From NCBI GenBank assembly GCA_010015585.1, contig ML975152.1: a stretch of 64,000 nt of DNA. One strand, 5' to 3'. The DNA is from Eremomyces bilateralis CBS 781.70 (Eukaryota). Shown in pieces: positions 47,143 to 59,252 of this stretch (within the stretch, counting starts at the first letter, position 1; the number at the start of each line of letters is the position of its first letter). Under the pieces are notes generated by a model. That model did no database searches. It worked only from the letters and a program-made list of their open reading frames with translations, and was not told the DNA's origin. A program made the position numbers and the translations under genes.

Positions 47143-48269
47143 GTCCCGGACTCTACAACACACCACTTTCCCGCCGCGGCGATTGGTGTTGGGGGGGAGG
47201 GGAATGTTGGAGGGGTAACACCGGAACGCAGGACCAGGCAGCCACGTTCCTGACGTTCCTGGGGTCGGCGAATCGGTCAACACACTAAGATAGCGTAACA
47301 ACGGCGGATCATTTGGATGCAAACACAAGAGGTCGACGTCGACGATGGCTAGAGTTAGTAAGTTACTATGTAATGCGTGGGAGGGAATGGGGATATCACG
47401 GCTGGAGCGACGAGGTTAAGGCAGTAATGGTCGTTGCACAAGACCAGGCGGCGACATGCTGCAGGGTGGGGTTGCGGCCAATCAGCGCTTAGATCGGGGG
47501 GTATCCTGGTCGGTCCACGTCAATCGGTACCAACGTCATTGGATGCCAAGAGGTCACGTGGTTCAGCTAGGTACGGGTTGGGTTTAGCGGATACTATCGC
47601 GATGATAACCACCATAGCCTCTGCTCCCTTTATCTGATAATGATACACTTCTCGGTTTCAGTCCAGCTCACAGCATCTTGGAAACGGTGGGGTAGAACTG
47701 CTTTTGGTCCGGAGGAAATCGACTTGCATACAGGACAGGCAGCTGTGTCGTTCGAAAGGCCGCCATACATAAATCTTTGAAGCCATGAAGTGAGGCTTCC
47801 AAACGCATCGCATGATATTCCGGATGCAGCAGGGGCGTAGTATACTACAGTGTTGGGAGGGAGTAAAACACCAAATGCAGGGTCGATTTGATTCAAGTGG
47901 GAATAGAAACGTTCTCCCTCAGGCACCATGTCCGGGAAAGTATCAGAAGATAAGTACAATACTGACGATGCCTCATGAATGATGAGATTCTTGTCGGCTC
48001 TATTATACATAAATCTAATTAGTCCCTAGTAGTAGTTTCCCTAACAATGCCCGTGCGCCATCCGGTCCATGCAAACCCCGTCCCCATCCATCGATCCCTC
48101 TATTGTACCAGAGACCAACGCATTGCCAACTCCAGTCCCTAAATCCGAATCGAACCATCTTCTTCGCCAGGAATGCCCAAGGAACCCATGACCCCTGACC
48201 TCGCTGATGATAATGCAGGCACGTCGACAAATGAAACCGCGACGGTGGCTAAGTATGTAAATCTCCCTC

Positions 48270-50017
48270 TCACGGACTCGCCCACCCCCCGGCTACCTCC
48301 ACCCACTCCGGCAAACAACTCCCCTCCTTATCCTCCACCTCCACGATATCCGTATCGCAGCGACACCGACATCCGACGCCGTTCTCCTTCTCGCGGTCGT
48401 ACATCTCCCAGTAGTGGTCTTCCTCGATGCGCAGGCGGGTGTTTTGAGTCATGGGGTCGAGGTAGCGGGGACGTGGGAGTTGCCGGGAGGGCGCGTTGGC
48501 CGGGCAGTGTTGGATGGTGGTGTGGCGGTAGCCGAAGTCGCGGAAGTAGTGGATGGCGGAGACAGGGAGGAGGACGCCGGCGGCGAGGGAGTGGATGGGG
48601 GCGTCGCCCCACTGGGATGGTTAGTATTATATAGTAGAGAGATGGGATGGAAAGATGGAGAAATCTCACCCGCTCGGTCCAGAAGCCACCGCTGTGATCC
48701 ATCATGTCGAAGAAGTCGGTGTACTCCTTACTCCGGAACCAATCCAGCCGCGCGATCTCGAAGTTACTCCAAAAATGGCACATGTTATAATCCTCTCCCT
48801 CCATCGTCTCCGTATTGCCCTCGGGCTCCTCCTCCGCCTTCGGGTCCGGCTTCATGATGTTCTCCGGGACCCACGGCCTGGGCTTCGGCTCCGCCGCGAC
48901 GCCGAACTCGTCCGTCGCCGGCTTCTGCACGAACATCTCCCACAGGCCCTGCGAGGTGATGTTGTTCAACCGCTTGTAGGCGGAGGCGTAGCGGAAGATG
49001 TTCGGGACAGTTTCGCGGAGCTCTTTGACGGCGATGGTGAAGCCGTAGATTTTGTTGGCTTCTTCCATCTTGATGAACGGGTCGCTGGACGGTGTTAGTG
49101 GATGGCTGCCAGCGGCAGGAACGGACGTACTAGGTGATATCGCAGAAATACTTGATGTCTGGCTCTAGTCGCCAGTACCATTTGTATTTTTGGAGGAGCT
49201 CGTGTTTATAGAACATCCTAGACTGGTCAGTCGGTGTCTAATGAATGGTTGATCAAACATACCCTGAGTAGAATCGACACATGTGGTGGTAGCTCTCCAT
49301 GCCACCATACATAATCGCCTGGTCCCCTTGCTTCGCGATCGACTCCCTCGCCGCACTCTTATCCACCCAGTCCGGATACCCCCAGTCCTCGGGCTTGATC
49401 TTCCCAAACTCGACCGGCGCGCTTGTGTAGTTCTGCACGGTCTCCTTGAACGTACTATTAAACTCACCGTCGTTCAGAAACACATATGGATAATGGAACC
49501 AGCGGTTGAAGTGGCGCTCGATGGACTTGATCGACTGCACGACGCCGTCGAGTTCCTTGTTGCGCGCGAGGACGACGAAGACGGCGTTGGCGCGGGGTTT
49601 CTCCACGGCAGGCTCGACGCAGCCGGTGACGAAGACTTTGTCGTGTCTCTCGCTGATTTTCCTGGAGGGGTGTTAGCTGGGGGTCGAGGAGGACCGAATG
49701 GCACCTAACACGTACCGTATGGAAGGTGGGGAGCCTGGAGGCATGAGCATGCGGCCGGCCGGGGCGGGATAGCGGAGGAAGAGGAGGAGGATGACTATGA
49801 GGATGAGGATGGGGAAGCCGAGCACGACGACGAGGGGGACGGAGATGGAGGAGGTGTTCTTTAATCGTACACGGCGTTGGAATATGGAAAATTGGGATGG
49901 TCTTCTGTCGTTGTTCATGTTGGTCGTAGCATGTTTGGAGGTCGAAATAGGGAGGGTGGGTTTCATTCTTTGAAAAACGGTGTCGGGCTTCTCCAACGAG
50001 CCGTTGAAGGTCGCCAT
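48270..50017 (-). CDS. GT15 alpha-1,2-mannosyltransferase (Kre2/Ktr family, Ktr5/7-like), multi-exon
   Basis: N-terminal TM, ANAVFVVLARNKEL, FNRWFHYPYVFLND, SYHHMCRFYSG, YNMCHFWSNFEIARLDWFRS, GGFWTER|WGDAP and GCRCRCDTD. Confidence 0.93.
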
Positions 50018-51294
50018 GTGATGTTGATGTCTATGCCAGCGCGGCGGAAGTTGTGGTCAACTACCGGTATAATGCACGATTCCACGCGAGTTCCTTGTCG
50101 ACTCGAGTGCTTTGGTTTGCGCCGTCGGAAGGGGGAAGTCGTGAGTCGCGCGGCACCGAGAGTAACGAACGGCTGGAGTCACGCCCTCCAATTTCGATGA
50201 GGGATGGTGATGCGAGGAGTCTGGTGGTCGGTTCGTTGCACTGATGGTTCGTCCGGACCCGTGAATGTTGTTTGCTCGTCTGGACACGCACTTCGAACTT
50301 TCTTCCCAGGTACGATCCCATCGGAATCCCAATGTTGTGATGTCCACGATGCAGCAATGTCAGCCTCGCGCAGCCAATCCAGCGTCCGCAACAGGATCAA
50401 TGCCATCAAATCTCGTGAACCGGGGGAGATAGGAGGAGGAGCAAATGGAGATCGGACATTGCGAAACAAAGAAGACGGGCGGTGGGTCACAATGGCACGG
50501 ATGGGAGGGATTTCGTGGAATTCCTGTGCCATCATCGACCCGATGAGGTTCCATGGTACATTTTTTACAAGACAGCTAACAACACAACTAATTAGACAAC
50601 TAGACAAGGAAGCGGAACGCCACCCGGACAGGGACCGTTTGTTTAGAGGATATTATTGGAGATTTATTCCTCCATAATTACCCATTTGATACCCAATTTA
50701 TCGAGATATCCCAAGCAATTGACTGGGTCTAGACGCGTCAACAGACCTGTGAAGTCACTCAGTGTCAACTATCAACTGTCCACTGTCAAGGACCCCCTAT
50801 TAATCTATCCCCCACGACCGCACAATAGCACGAGCTATCCATGGTTCGCGAATTAAATCCTAAATTGCTATTGAGCGCCCTGGTTTCACAACAGGGACAA
50901 CACGCAGGATCTCCACCCAGGAAGTTAAGCGGCTCGGCGGCAGACCCCGAAGGCGGGCCGAAGTGCGTGCTGAACTGCTGATCGTCGATGCGAACCATTT
51001 TGAGTGTTTGACAATTGACACCTGCATGATAAATTTGATAATTAATCCCCGAGACGACGGTTTTGGCACCGGGCCCAGGCTTCTCGATCGACACCGTGGT
51101 GGATGTCGTCACTGCTCAGTGCTAAAACTACTAATCAAGAGTTACGGGGATCAGGTCCCTTCAACGATCAGCGTTGAAGCTAACGGTTAACGGTTAATGT
51201 ACGTGCCTCAATCTTCGAAATAGAGGCCCAACTTCAGTTCAACCGCACAGCTTACACGCCTTCCGCTCAAGCAATTCGACACCCCAACGCCACC

Positions 51295-51829
51295 ATGTCC
51301 TTCAAAGCCAAGAATCTAACTTACGGTGTGCACACCTTCCACTCTCCCCCAACCAAAACTAACCCACCCAACAGAGTCCGAAGACCCCGCCTTCCTCCGC
51401 CGCCTCAAAGGCCAGCTCGCCCGCGGCGACACCGACCGCCACGAGCGCCCCCTCGCCCGCCCCAAGAAAGCTGCGCAGGCCGACGAGGAGGACGAGCCGA
51501 CGTACGTGGATGAGGAGACGGGCGATACGGTGTCGAAAGCGGAGTATGAGGCGTTGTTGACGGGGAAGGACGTGGATGTGAAGGAGGATGGGGAGGGTCA
51601 AACTGGGGAGATGGATACCGGGGACAAAGCGAAGGGTGGGGGCAAGGAGGAGGTGAGGGCGGAGCAGAATCGAACGGAGATAGGGGTGCAGAAGAAGCGG
51701 AAGGCGGGGAGGATTATTGGGGATGAGGGGGCGGGAAAGGAAGACGAGGTGAAGTCCGCCACGACGAAGAAGCCCAAGACCAAAGCGAAGAAGAAAGCCA
51801 AGACGAAGTTGTCTTTCGAAGAAGTCTGA
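51295..51829 (+). CDS. DUF4604-like small Lys/Glu-rich protein, 2 exons
   Basis: MSFKAKNLTY|ESEDPAFLRRLK (intron 51326-51374), DEEDEPTYVD, SKAEYEAL, IGVQKKRKAGRIIG and terminal KLSFEEV. Confidence 0.8.
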
Positions 51830-51904
51830 TACATCATAAACCTAACGGCATCATGTCACGAACGGAACCTTGAAAAGCTGCGATTCTCCAACTACGGATC
51901 TACG

Positions 51905-54530
51905 TTACAGCGGCGGCAACGTCTCCCGGCAGATCGGACACTGCAGCCGATATTTCATCCACCCCTCCAAGCACTCCGTGTGGAAAATATGCCGACACGG
52001 CGTCACCATATACGCTCTCCGCGCCAGCAACCCCGCCGGTCCCGACGCCGCCGCTTCGGCCGATTTGGCGCTCCCGCTCGCATCCTTCGTCACCACCATA
52101 ACCGCCAGATTATGCATGCAGATCGCGCAATCGAACACCCTCTGCCCCCTCCGATCCGCGTCCCGATCCCTATCCTTCGACTCCGCCGCATTCGAACCCG
52201 TCGGGCTCGGCGGCCTAGACGCGCCACCCCCGTCGCCCGCACCGACCGGAATGTTTCCCCCCTCCTCATCCTCCCGCAACACCGGATGATAATCATACAC
52301 CGGCGGCAACCACTTCCCCACGCGCCCACCACACACCACGACCCGCGGCCCGAACAGCTCCTGCACGCCCAGCACCCACACCTGCACCCATACCCACCCG
52401 CACAACACCATCAACGTGCGCAGACTCCCCGCATCCACGTCTAGAAACGCTAGATTTCCGGGATACCCCCACAGATACGCGACCGGCACGACACGGAGCA
52501 CGCTCTGCCCGACGATGAACCGCCACCCAAGTGCCTTGCGCGCGTTGCGCACGACGTTGCGCGCGATCTGCGGCGTCCAGAAGCTGAGGTAGGTAAAGGC
52601 GAGGAGGTTGGCGTATGCGGAGCGGAGGGGGCGCGGCCAGCTGGAGGCGTGTAGGGAGAGGAGGGCGAGGCCAATGAGAAGGAAGTAGAAGCGGGAGTAG
52701 AGGCTGCCAAGTTCGCGGCGGGGGGCGGTGGGGTCGGCGGTAGGGGGTGGGTCGGGTTGGGTTAGGTCTTGGTCGGGGGGGAGGATGATGGGGATGGTGC
52801 CGGAGGGGCTGATGGGACGGGGGGTGGTGGCGGGGAGGGGGAGGGTGTCGTTCGTGGATGGGGGTGGTTGGGCGGGTGTTTGGGGTTGTTCGGATGGGGT
52901 GGGTGTTGGCGTCAGCGGAGGTGTAGATACAGTCGCATTAGCCGAACGATCCTGTCGCTGGCGCTCTTGCATCTGCACGGTCCAAATATCCATCAGGAAC
53001 CGCAGATCGAAGAACGTGACGGCGACGAACGCCATGAACCCGGTCGTGAGCAGCGGGAGGAACGCCGACTCCACGAACATGCTTACGGGGACGAACACCA
53101 CGAAGCCGAACCCATCACCTAGCGACATCATCGCGATTGTGTAGAAGCTCACCCGACTCAGCGTCGACGGCGTGCTCGCGTCCTTCATCTGCCGCACCAT
53201 CAGCAGCACCTGCCCCGCGATCACCGCCGCGTACAGCAGCGCGTGCCGCCGCGTGGCGTTCAAGATCACCTCGATCTTCGACCCTTGGAGGTGCCGGCCC
53301 TCCTTCGGCGCGAAGTCCGGCGGTCCCTTGGATTCGAGCACGACGCCGCAGTCCGGGGAGAACAGGACCATCGACATGGACATGGGGGTCGCGCGCGCGC
53401 CGTGGTAGCCGGTGGGGAAGCGGAGCTCGCGCTCTAGGAGGTCGATGGGGGTTTGGGAAGAGGGGGAGAGGTGGTCGGAGGGAGGCTGGAGGGGGTGCTG
53501 TTGGAGGTAGAGGAGGTATTCGCAGTGCGGCGCGGCGAAGGGACCGTCGGAGGCGCCGTCGATGGTCGAGGACCAAGGGTTCATCCAGCCGCGGTGGTTG
53601 TTCTGCTGCTTCTCGACAGTTTCGGAGAGGGTGCGGTTGAGATAGGTTTTGGAGAGGGCGAACGCCGGCTCCGAAAAGGTGAAGTACGGTAGGGCGAAGA
53701 TGCCGGGGAACCTGCCGGTCAGTCAGCGCTGTTGTCCCAAAATATAAAACATCTTCCACTCACTTCTCACTCGTCGTCGAAAACACCATCCCCCCCGACT
53801 TGACGAAATGCACCCCATGTAACTTCGCCTGCCACCTCCCCCCGGATCCTTCCTCATCACTCACCTCCACCTCCGCCGTAATACTCTTCACCTCTCCCGC
53901 CTCCCCCGCCGGCAGCATCCAAAACCGCCCCTTCTCCATCGGCCCGCTCTCCCGCAACCGGATCTTCACCCCCCCGTCCGCGCCGGTGACGTTCCGTAGA
54001 TACAGGCCTACGTACCGCCGCTCCGGGACTAATTGAGTCAGGTTCACCGCCGGGTGGTCCGTTTTATCTGGGCCGGCGATCCTCGAGCGCACCCAGGAAC
54101 CTTTTATGTACCCCGACACGTTGCGGTACATCGGCGCCAACATGTCGTCGCCGGCCCTGGTCTCCTGCTCGCGCTCCTGGCCCCCTTCCGCCGTCTCCTC
54201 CGCTCGCTTCTCCCCCCCTTCCCCCACCAACCCCCCCACCCGCTCCCCCAAGGCCCTCACCATCTGTGCCCGCACCTGTCCCCTCACCCCCGCCCACAAA
54301 TCCCAGCGCATCCCATCCCCCTCGCGGAACGCGGTGAGGTTCATCCATTTCCCCTCGGGCGGGTCGAAGGCGGGGAAGGAAGCGTTGGCGAGGAGGGAGA
54401 GGGCATGGTGTTCGGTGGCGAGGAAGGAGGATTGGGCAAGGCGGTCGCCGGCGGAGGTGGGGGGGGTGTCGGGGGTGAGGAGGAGGAAGAGGAGGAGGAG
54501 GGTGAGGATGGTGGCGCGGGGGTTGGCCAT
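51905..54530 (-). CDS. TUL1: Dsc complex transmembrane RING-H2 E3 ligase Tul1/DscA, 2 exons
   Basis: N-terminal hydrophobic segment, YRNVSGYIKGSW, LHGVHF...TTSEK|FPGIFALP, LFSPDCG, multiple TMs, SFWTPQI, YDYHP and CAICM...YMVTPCRHIFHTECLEGWMKYRLQCPICRETLPPL. Confidence 0.93.
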
Positions 54531-55100
54531 GGTTATGGGTGGTAGTTATTGGGGAGGCATATTAGTCATTGTTTGGACTGGGCTTCGGAAAGAGTACGAA
54601 GCGGGAATTTTTGGGATGAGTACGGATGGTAGCTGTGGGGTGTATTATGTGAAGTTGGCAAACGAGAGATGGAGGATGCTCTATGATGGTGATGGTGATG
54701 GTTATGGTCAGAATACCGCGTGGTTCCTTGTCGGGGTGAGTACCAGACCGAAGGACGGCCAATCAGAGCGCTGATGGACGATTTAACTGTCTTCGAGTGA
54801 TATTTATTAGAATGAATATGAAAGGGCATATTCTAAGCAGTTTAGTAATGGTTGATTCGATATTATTTAATCCGTGGTATGTCCTCTTGGTCTATATTAC
54901 GGTCCGCTCGAGGCCTTATCGAAATAACAGATACGAAGGACCGGGTGAAGGTGACTTGAGGTCGGAACCACGTCGCGATGCTATTGTGATATCTATAGCT
55001 ACCAGTTCCATCGAACAATCGCGTATTCCATACGAAGTTCGGAAGAACGCCATCGCCATGCCCATATACATATACACATAAACGCTCGAAAAGATGCTCA

Positions 55101-56161
55101 TTAATCGTCGAACCCACCCCCTCCATCATCATCCCCCTCCCCCTCATCATCCTCCTTCCAGTACTGCAGCGCGTTATAATCATTGTCACCCTCTAGATCA
55201 TCCTCGTCGTCGTCGAACGCATCGTCCAGCTCTTCCTCCGGCGCGTCCGCGTCCTCGTCGCTGTCCGCCGCATCCTCGTCGTCGTCCACCCCCGCTTTCT
55301 TCCCCTTGCCCTCCACCTCCTCGTCCTCCTCGTCGCCGATCCGCTCGAGCCGGTCTTTCGCCATCTTGCGCTTCTTCACCGCCTGCTCCTCCTCGGTGAG
55401 CTCCCGCTTCTCCGGATCAAGGAGCGTCCAGAGTTGCTCAGGGAAGAACCGCAACTCTGTCAGAGGTGGTTAGCGACGCCAACGCCCAAGGGAAAACCCG
55501 CGCTCACCATAAGATCTCGTATCCAGCTTCGGGATCTTCCGCTTCACTCGCTTGTATGAATGTGCGTAGGTCGGCATGTCCTCGAAGGGATTGGACATTG
55601 TATTCACAGATTGCGGGATATACTCGTTCACCCCTTGTGTAGTTTCGCCGAGGATCGCATAATGCGGCCCATCGCGGATGCGATCGCGGATGTCGCGATA
55701 ATGGGCGATCTGCGTGCGTTCGCGCGCGGACGGCGGGATCGGTCGCTGGACGATGTATTTCTGTTGCGGATTTAGCTCCGGTCGGGAAGGGGTGACGAGG
55801 GACATTGGAGGGCTGGATCCGACTTGGAGCGCGCTTGCGGAGATGAGGATATAATATGTGCATGATGCGGGGAGTAAAGATGGAAAGCTTGGTGTTGTGG
55901 TTTGGGGTGCGACGATATGAGGCGGCAGCTGCTCAACTCGTGATGCCTCCGCCTCCCACACATGACTAGAAGCTGCGGAGCATCTCCTGGACGTTTCCAA
56001 GGAAATCTGAGACTTACAGGATATGTTCCGATGGGCTTGTTCACCTGATCGAAATATTTGGCGATCTCACTATCCAACTCGAACGACAACTCCACCCCTC
56101 CAATCTTCGCCCTCTTTCCCGACGACTCGGCGGAGTCGGGTTTCCGCTTGGGACCAGCCAT
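55101..56161 (-). CDS. RPC31: RNA polymerase III subunit Rpc31-like, 3 exons
   Basis: Introns 56017-55761 and 55507-55457. KPIGTYP|KY...IRDGPHY...MPTYAHSY...FFPEQLW and a very acidic tail with DNDYNALQYW. Confidence 0.82.
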
Positions 56162-56651
56162 GACGGGTGGACAGATGCAGGGCGAGCTGTGGGTGGCACT
56201 GGCACAGACAGATGTGTTCGGCTACCTCCAACCAAGAACCCGATGTCACCAGCAAATGGATATTAGAAGTGGGAGCATGACGGAGCCATGCAAGAAGGGT
56301 GGGTCAAGAGAGGAAGAAGCACCGGAAGAAGATTGAATTGTCAAGATGAATTATCAAGATTGACTATTAAGAAAACGGACGTGGGAAGAAATCATCGGGA
56401 AAATTCGTCGGTGGGGGACCGGAAAGTCTCCATTGATGATGGAACACCGAAGTCACAGAGAGGGAGCCATTGAGAACGATTGATGGGAATGATTCCACTT
56501 TCGATTCGAGCGGGATGCGAACAATAGAGTCGGTGTTGAGAATCAGTCAGTCACCATTGAGTCATCACAATACGAAGCGGATTCCCAAGAATTATTCTTG
56601 TCAATTTAATTTCTGGTATTTCGTCACGCAGCAAGTGAGGTTTGTTTGGAG

Positions 56652-56799
56652 ATAAGGCTATAAGGCTGAAAGATGTCCAAGCCATAAGGCTTTAAGGCCA
56701 TAACATAAAGCTGCAAGGCAACAAGGCTATCAGGCAGAGAGCTAAGAGTTGCCCCGCGTTTGGCACGTGCTAGCTAAGATATCACGTGCACTGCCCCGC
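56652..56799. promoter_or_regulatory. Divergent-promoter element: AAGGC motif array followed by two CACGTG E-boxes
   Basis: Repeated taaggc/caaggc units at 56652-56737; CACGTG at 56764 and 56783; GCCCCGC on either side. Confidence 0.45.
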
Positions 56800-57029
56800 A
56801 TTCCACGAAGTGTTCCTTTTATGCCTCAGGCAGTCAGGCTCACCAGTCTTCTACAAACATCCATCGTGACCATCGGGATGTTGTGACACTTGATATATCC
56901 ACGCCTCTTCTGACTACCTAATCCAATGACATTCCAGAATTTCCCTCGCTTGCCGCAATCCACACCCCCATACTCAACCTTTCTATCCCACCTGTAGCCT
57001 CTATCTCTCGCGACCACCAACCCAAAGCC

Positions 57030-59024
57030 ATGGCCACCAGTCAACCCTCCCCCCTCCTCGTCGACCTCCTCGACCACATCAACTCCATCTCCACCGACAC
57101 CACCCCTCTCGACCCTCGCCTCTTCGAAGATTGCGCCCGCATCCTCCCCTCCCATATAACCCCCACCCAATCCCAATCCCTCATCCTCGCCCTCTACCGC
57201 CTCTCCTTCGCCAACCCCCCCCACGACCTCTTTCCCGTCACCACCCTCCTCGAAGCCCTCATCCACCCGGTCGCCTTCGACGACATCCTCGCCATCGACC
57301 CCCCCGTCGACTTCATCTCCGGCCTCGCCCTCGCCGCCCGCCCCTTCCACAGCCTCTGCCTCTCCATCCTCGAGAAAGCCGCCCAAGATGCCTCGCTCGC
57401 CCGCCGCCTGGCCACCACCCACCCGCAGGCATTCGTCGCTCTCGTCGGGTTCTGGCTGATCAGCGACGACGAGCAGCTGTCGCGGCGCGCGGGGAACCTG
57501 TTACAGGACTTGCTGCGCGTGGACGTCGAGACGGGGGCCGGGGATGAGGACCCGAGCGGGACGCCGGGGTCGGGGATCGTGTCGAGCGCGGGGTGGCGGG
57601 GGACGGTGTGGCGGCGGGTGTTCCGGGATCGGGACACGTACGAGGCGATCATTCGGGTGTGCGACACGGAGTGTCATCCGGAGTTTGAGGGAGTGGAGAT
57701 CGGGGAGCGGACGGTGCGGCAGGTGAGGAGCACGGCGAGGGCGAGGTTGCTGGAGTGGATTCCGGAGGTGGCGAGGATGGATTGGGATGCGGTGACGAGG
57801 GACCATCTGGCGTCGGAGACGTCGTGCGCGCATTTAAAATCATTCAGGTATGGGTTGTTGGAGCTTGCCGTCGATCATGGGTATGACAAGATGGACGTGG
57901 TGGTGTATCGGATTGCTTGCAATGCCATCTCCGAGTTGATCACCATCCAAGAGAGTTGGGAAGACAGGTATGGCCTATACAGAGACCGTCATATCGCTTC
58001 GCTAACGGTTCGTAGTGCCTCTTCGCGCTCCCTCGAAGCCATCAAATCCCTAGGATTCCATGACCGGTTCACCTCAATGTACTTGCATCCGCAGGGGGAC
58101 CACGGCTATGATGAATTGGACATGAACCTTCTCGGCCCGGCAGTCGTGGAATATGTCATGGTGTATGTCTCCTCATACCCCGACCTCTTCGGCCAATCCC
58201 CGTTCTGCAAACAGGTCCTCGACAAGTTCGAAACCACTTTCGACCAACCCCCCCGACTATGGGGCGACGACGGAGCCGGCGATTTGGCCGTGTTACGCTT
58301 CTTCCCCAAACGCTACCTCCTGCAATCGCCCACGCCCCATCAAGGCATCAACGTGCTCGGCTTCCTCGACCCGAAGCTCGGCGACGATGCCCTCCTCCGC
58401 ACCTTCGCAGCCGTCTTCGCGTGTCAAACCCGCGGTTTCGGCACCGTCCCGTCCGCCGCCCGCTCCGCCGACGCGCACATCACGGACGACGACCGCTCCG
58501 CTGCCCGCCTCCTGTACTACCAGTTCCTGGAGAAGTATTCCAACATGTGGTACTTCATCGGCTTCCACGCGGACGCTGGCCCCGCGCGGAAAGACGTCGT
58601 CCTCGCCGCCCTTGATCTGATCGACGCAATGATCGACGTCAAATGGTCCACCTCCACCGCCTGGATCACCGCGGAGGAGCTGCGGTCGATCGCCGAGCGC
58701 TACGAGTCGCGGCCGCCGACCGGGATCCTGGCGCTCATCAGCGGCGAGGCCATGAGCAACGTCGTGACAAACCTGATGTCGATCCCCAAGTCCATGTCGC
58801 TGGCGCGCGACGACGACCACGCGATGCACGAGATCGCGACGCGGCGGTTCGACGTGTTGGCGAAGCTGTTTAAGAGCCTTAGTCGGGAGGCGGCGGAGCG
58901 GAACAATAAGGACGAGCAAACGACGCTGAATAGTTTGGCGGAGCAGATACAGCGACGGTTAGGGGCGGGGGTGTGGCCGCGAGCGGCGACGCGGGCGACC
59001 AGTATCGCCACCCAATCGCGGTGA
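57030..59024 (+). CDS. Helical-repeat protein, probable Hsm3-like proteasome assembly chaperone
   Basis: 664-aa ORF. N-terminus LLDHINSISTDTTPLDPRLFE...LLQDLLRVD...VWRRVFRDR...ARARLLEWIP resembles filamentous-fungal Hsm3_N proteins (from memory). Probable 48-nt intron 57968-58015. Confidence 0.6.
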   Translation: MATSQPSPLLVDLLDHINSISTDTTPLDPRLFEDCARILPSHITPTQSQSLILALYRLSFANPPHDLFPVTTLLEALIHPVAFDDILAIDPPVDFISGLALAARPFHSLCLSILEKAAQDASLARRLATTHPQAFVALVGFWLISDDEQLSRRAGNLLQDLLRVDVETGAGDEDPSGTPGSGIVSSAGWRGTVWRRVFRDRDTYEAIIRVCDTECHPEFEGVEIGERTVRQVRSTARARLLEWIPEVARMDWDAVTRDHLASETSCAHLKSFRYGLLELAVDHGYDKMDVVVYRIACNAISELITIQESWEDRYGLYRDRHIASLTVRSASSRSLEAIKSLGFHDRFTSMYLHPQGDHGYDELDMNLLGPAVVEYVMVYVSSYPDLFGQSPFCKQVLDKFETTFDQPPRLWGDDGAGDLAVLRFFPKRYLLQSPTPHQGINVLGFLDPKLGDDALLRTFAAVFACQTRGFGTVPSAARSADAHITDDDRSAARLLYYQFLEKYSNMWYFIGFHADAGPARKDVVLAALDLIDAMIDVKWSTSTAWITAEELRSIAERYESRPPTGILALISGEAMSNVVTNLMSIPKSMSLARDDDHAMHEIATRRFDVLAKLFKSLSREAAERNNKDEQTTLNSLAEQIQRRLGAGVWPRAATRATSIATQSR

Positions 59025-59252
59025 TGTGGCTATATAGGGCATTGGAAATTCGGAATCATGGTTATGGGCGTACGGTAGGATATCCCGAGGATCATTACAA
59101 AAAGGAGAACGACTTCAAAAGCAACGACTTACGGGTCGAAACCTGAATAGGTCGACCAAAGGTCGACGACAGAACAGACAGATGGACACCAAGCTTCAAA
59201 TGCAATCTATAATGAAAACCTCCACTTACCATTTGCAACTTGTTCATGCCAT

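Noticed and set aside
47630..48010. 126-aa minus-strand ORF with a CxxC motif
   Set aside because: Lies immediately downstream of the GT15 gene, lacks the local codon bias and has no recognisable family; cannot be supported without expression data.
50786..51112. 108-aa Cys-containing ORF or structured-looking GC stretch in a divergent promoter
   Set aside because: Non-ATG start and no match to SRP, snRNA or RNase P/MRP motifs that I can recognise.
56396..56590. GGAAAGTCTCC resembling an RNase P/MRP conserved region
   Set aside because: No convincing partner strand for the P4 pseudoknot; it lies in the RPC31 upstream region.
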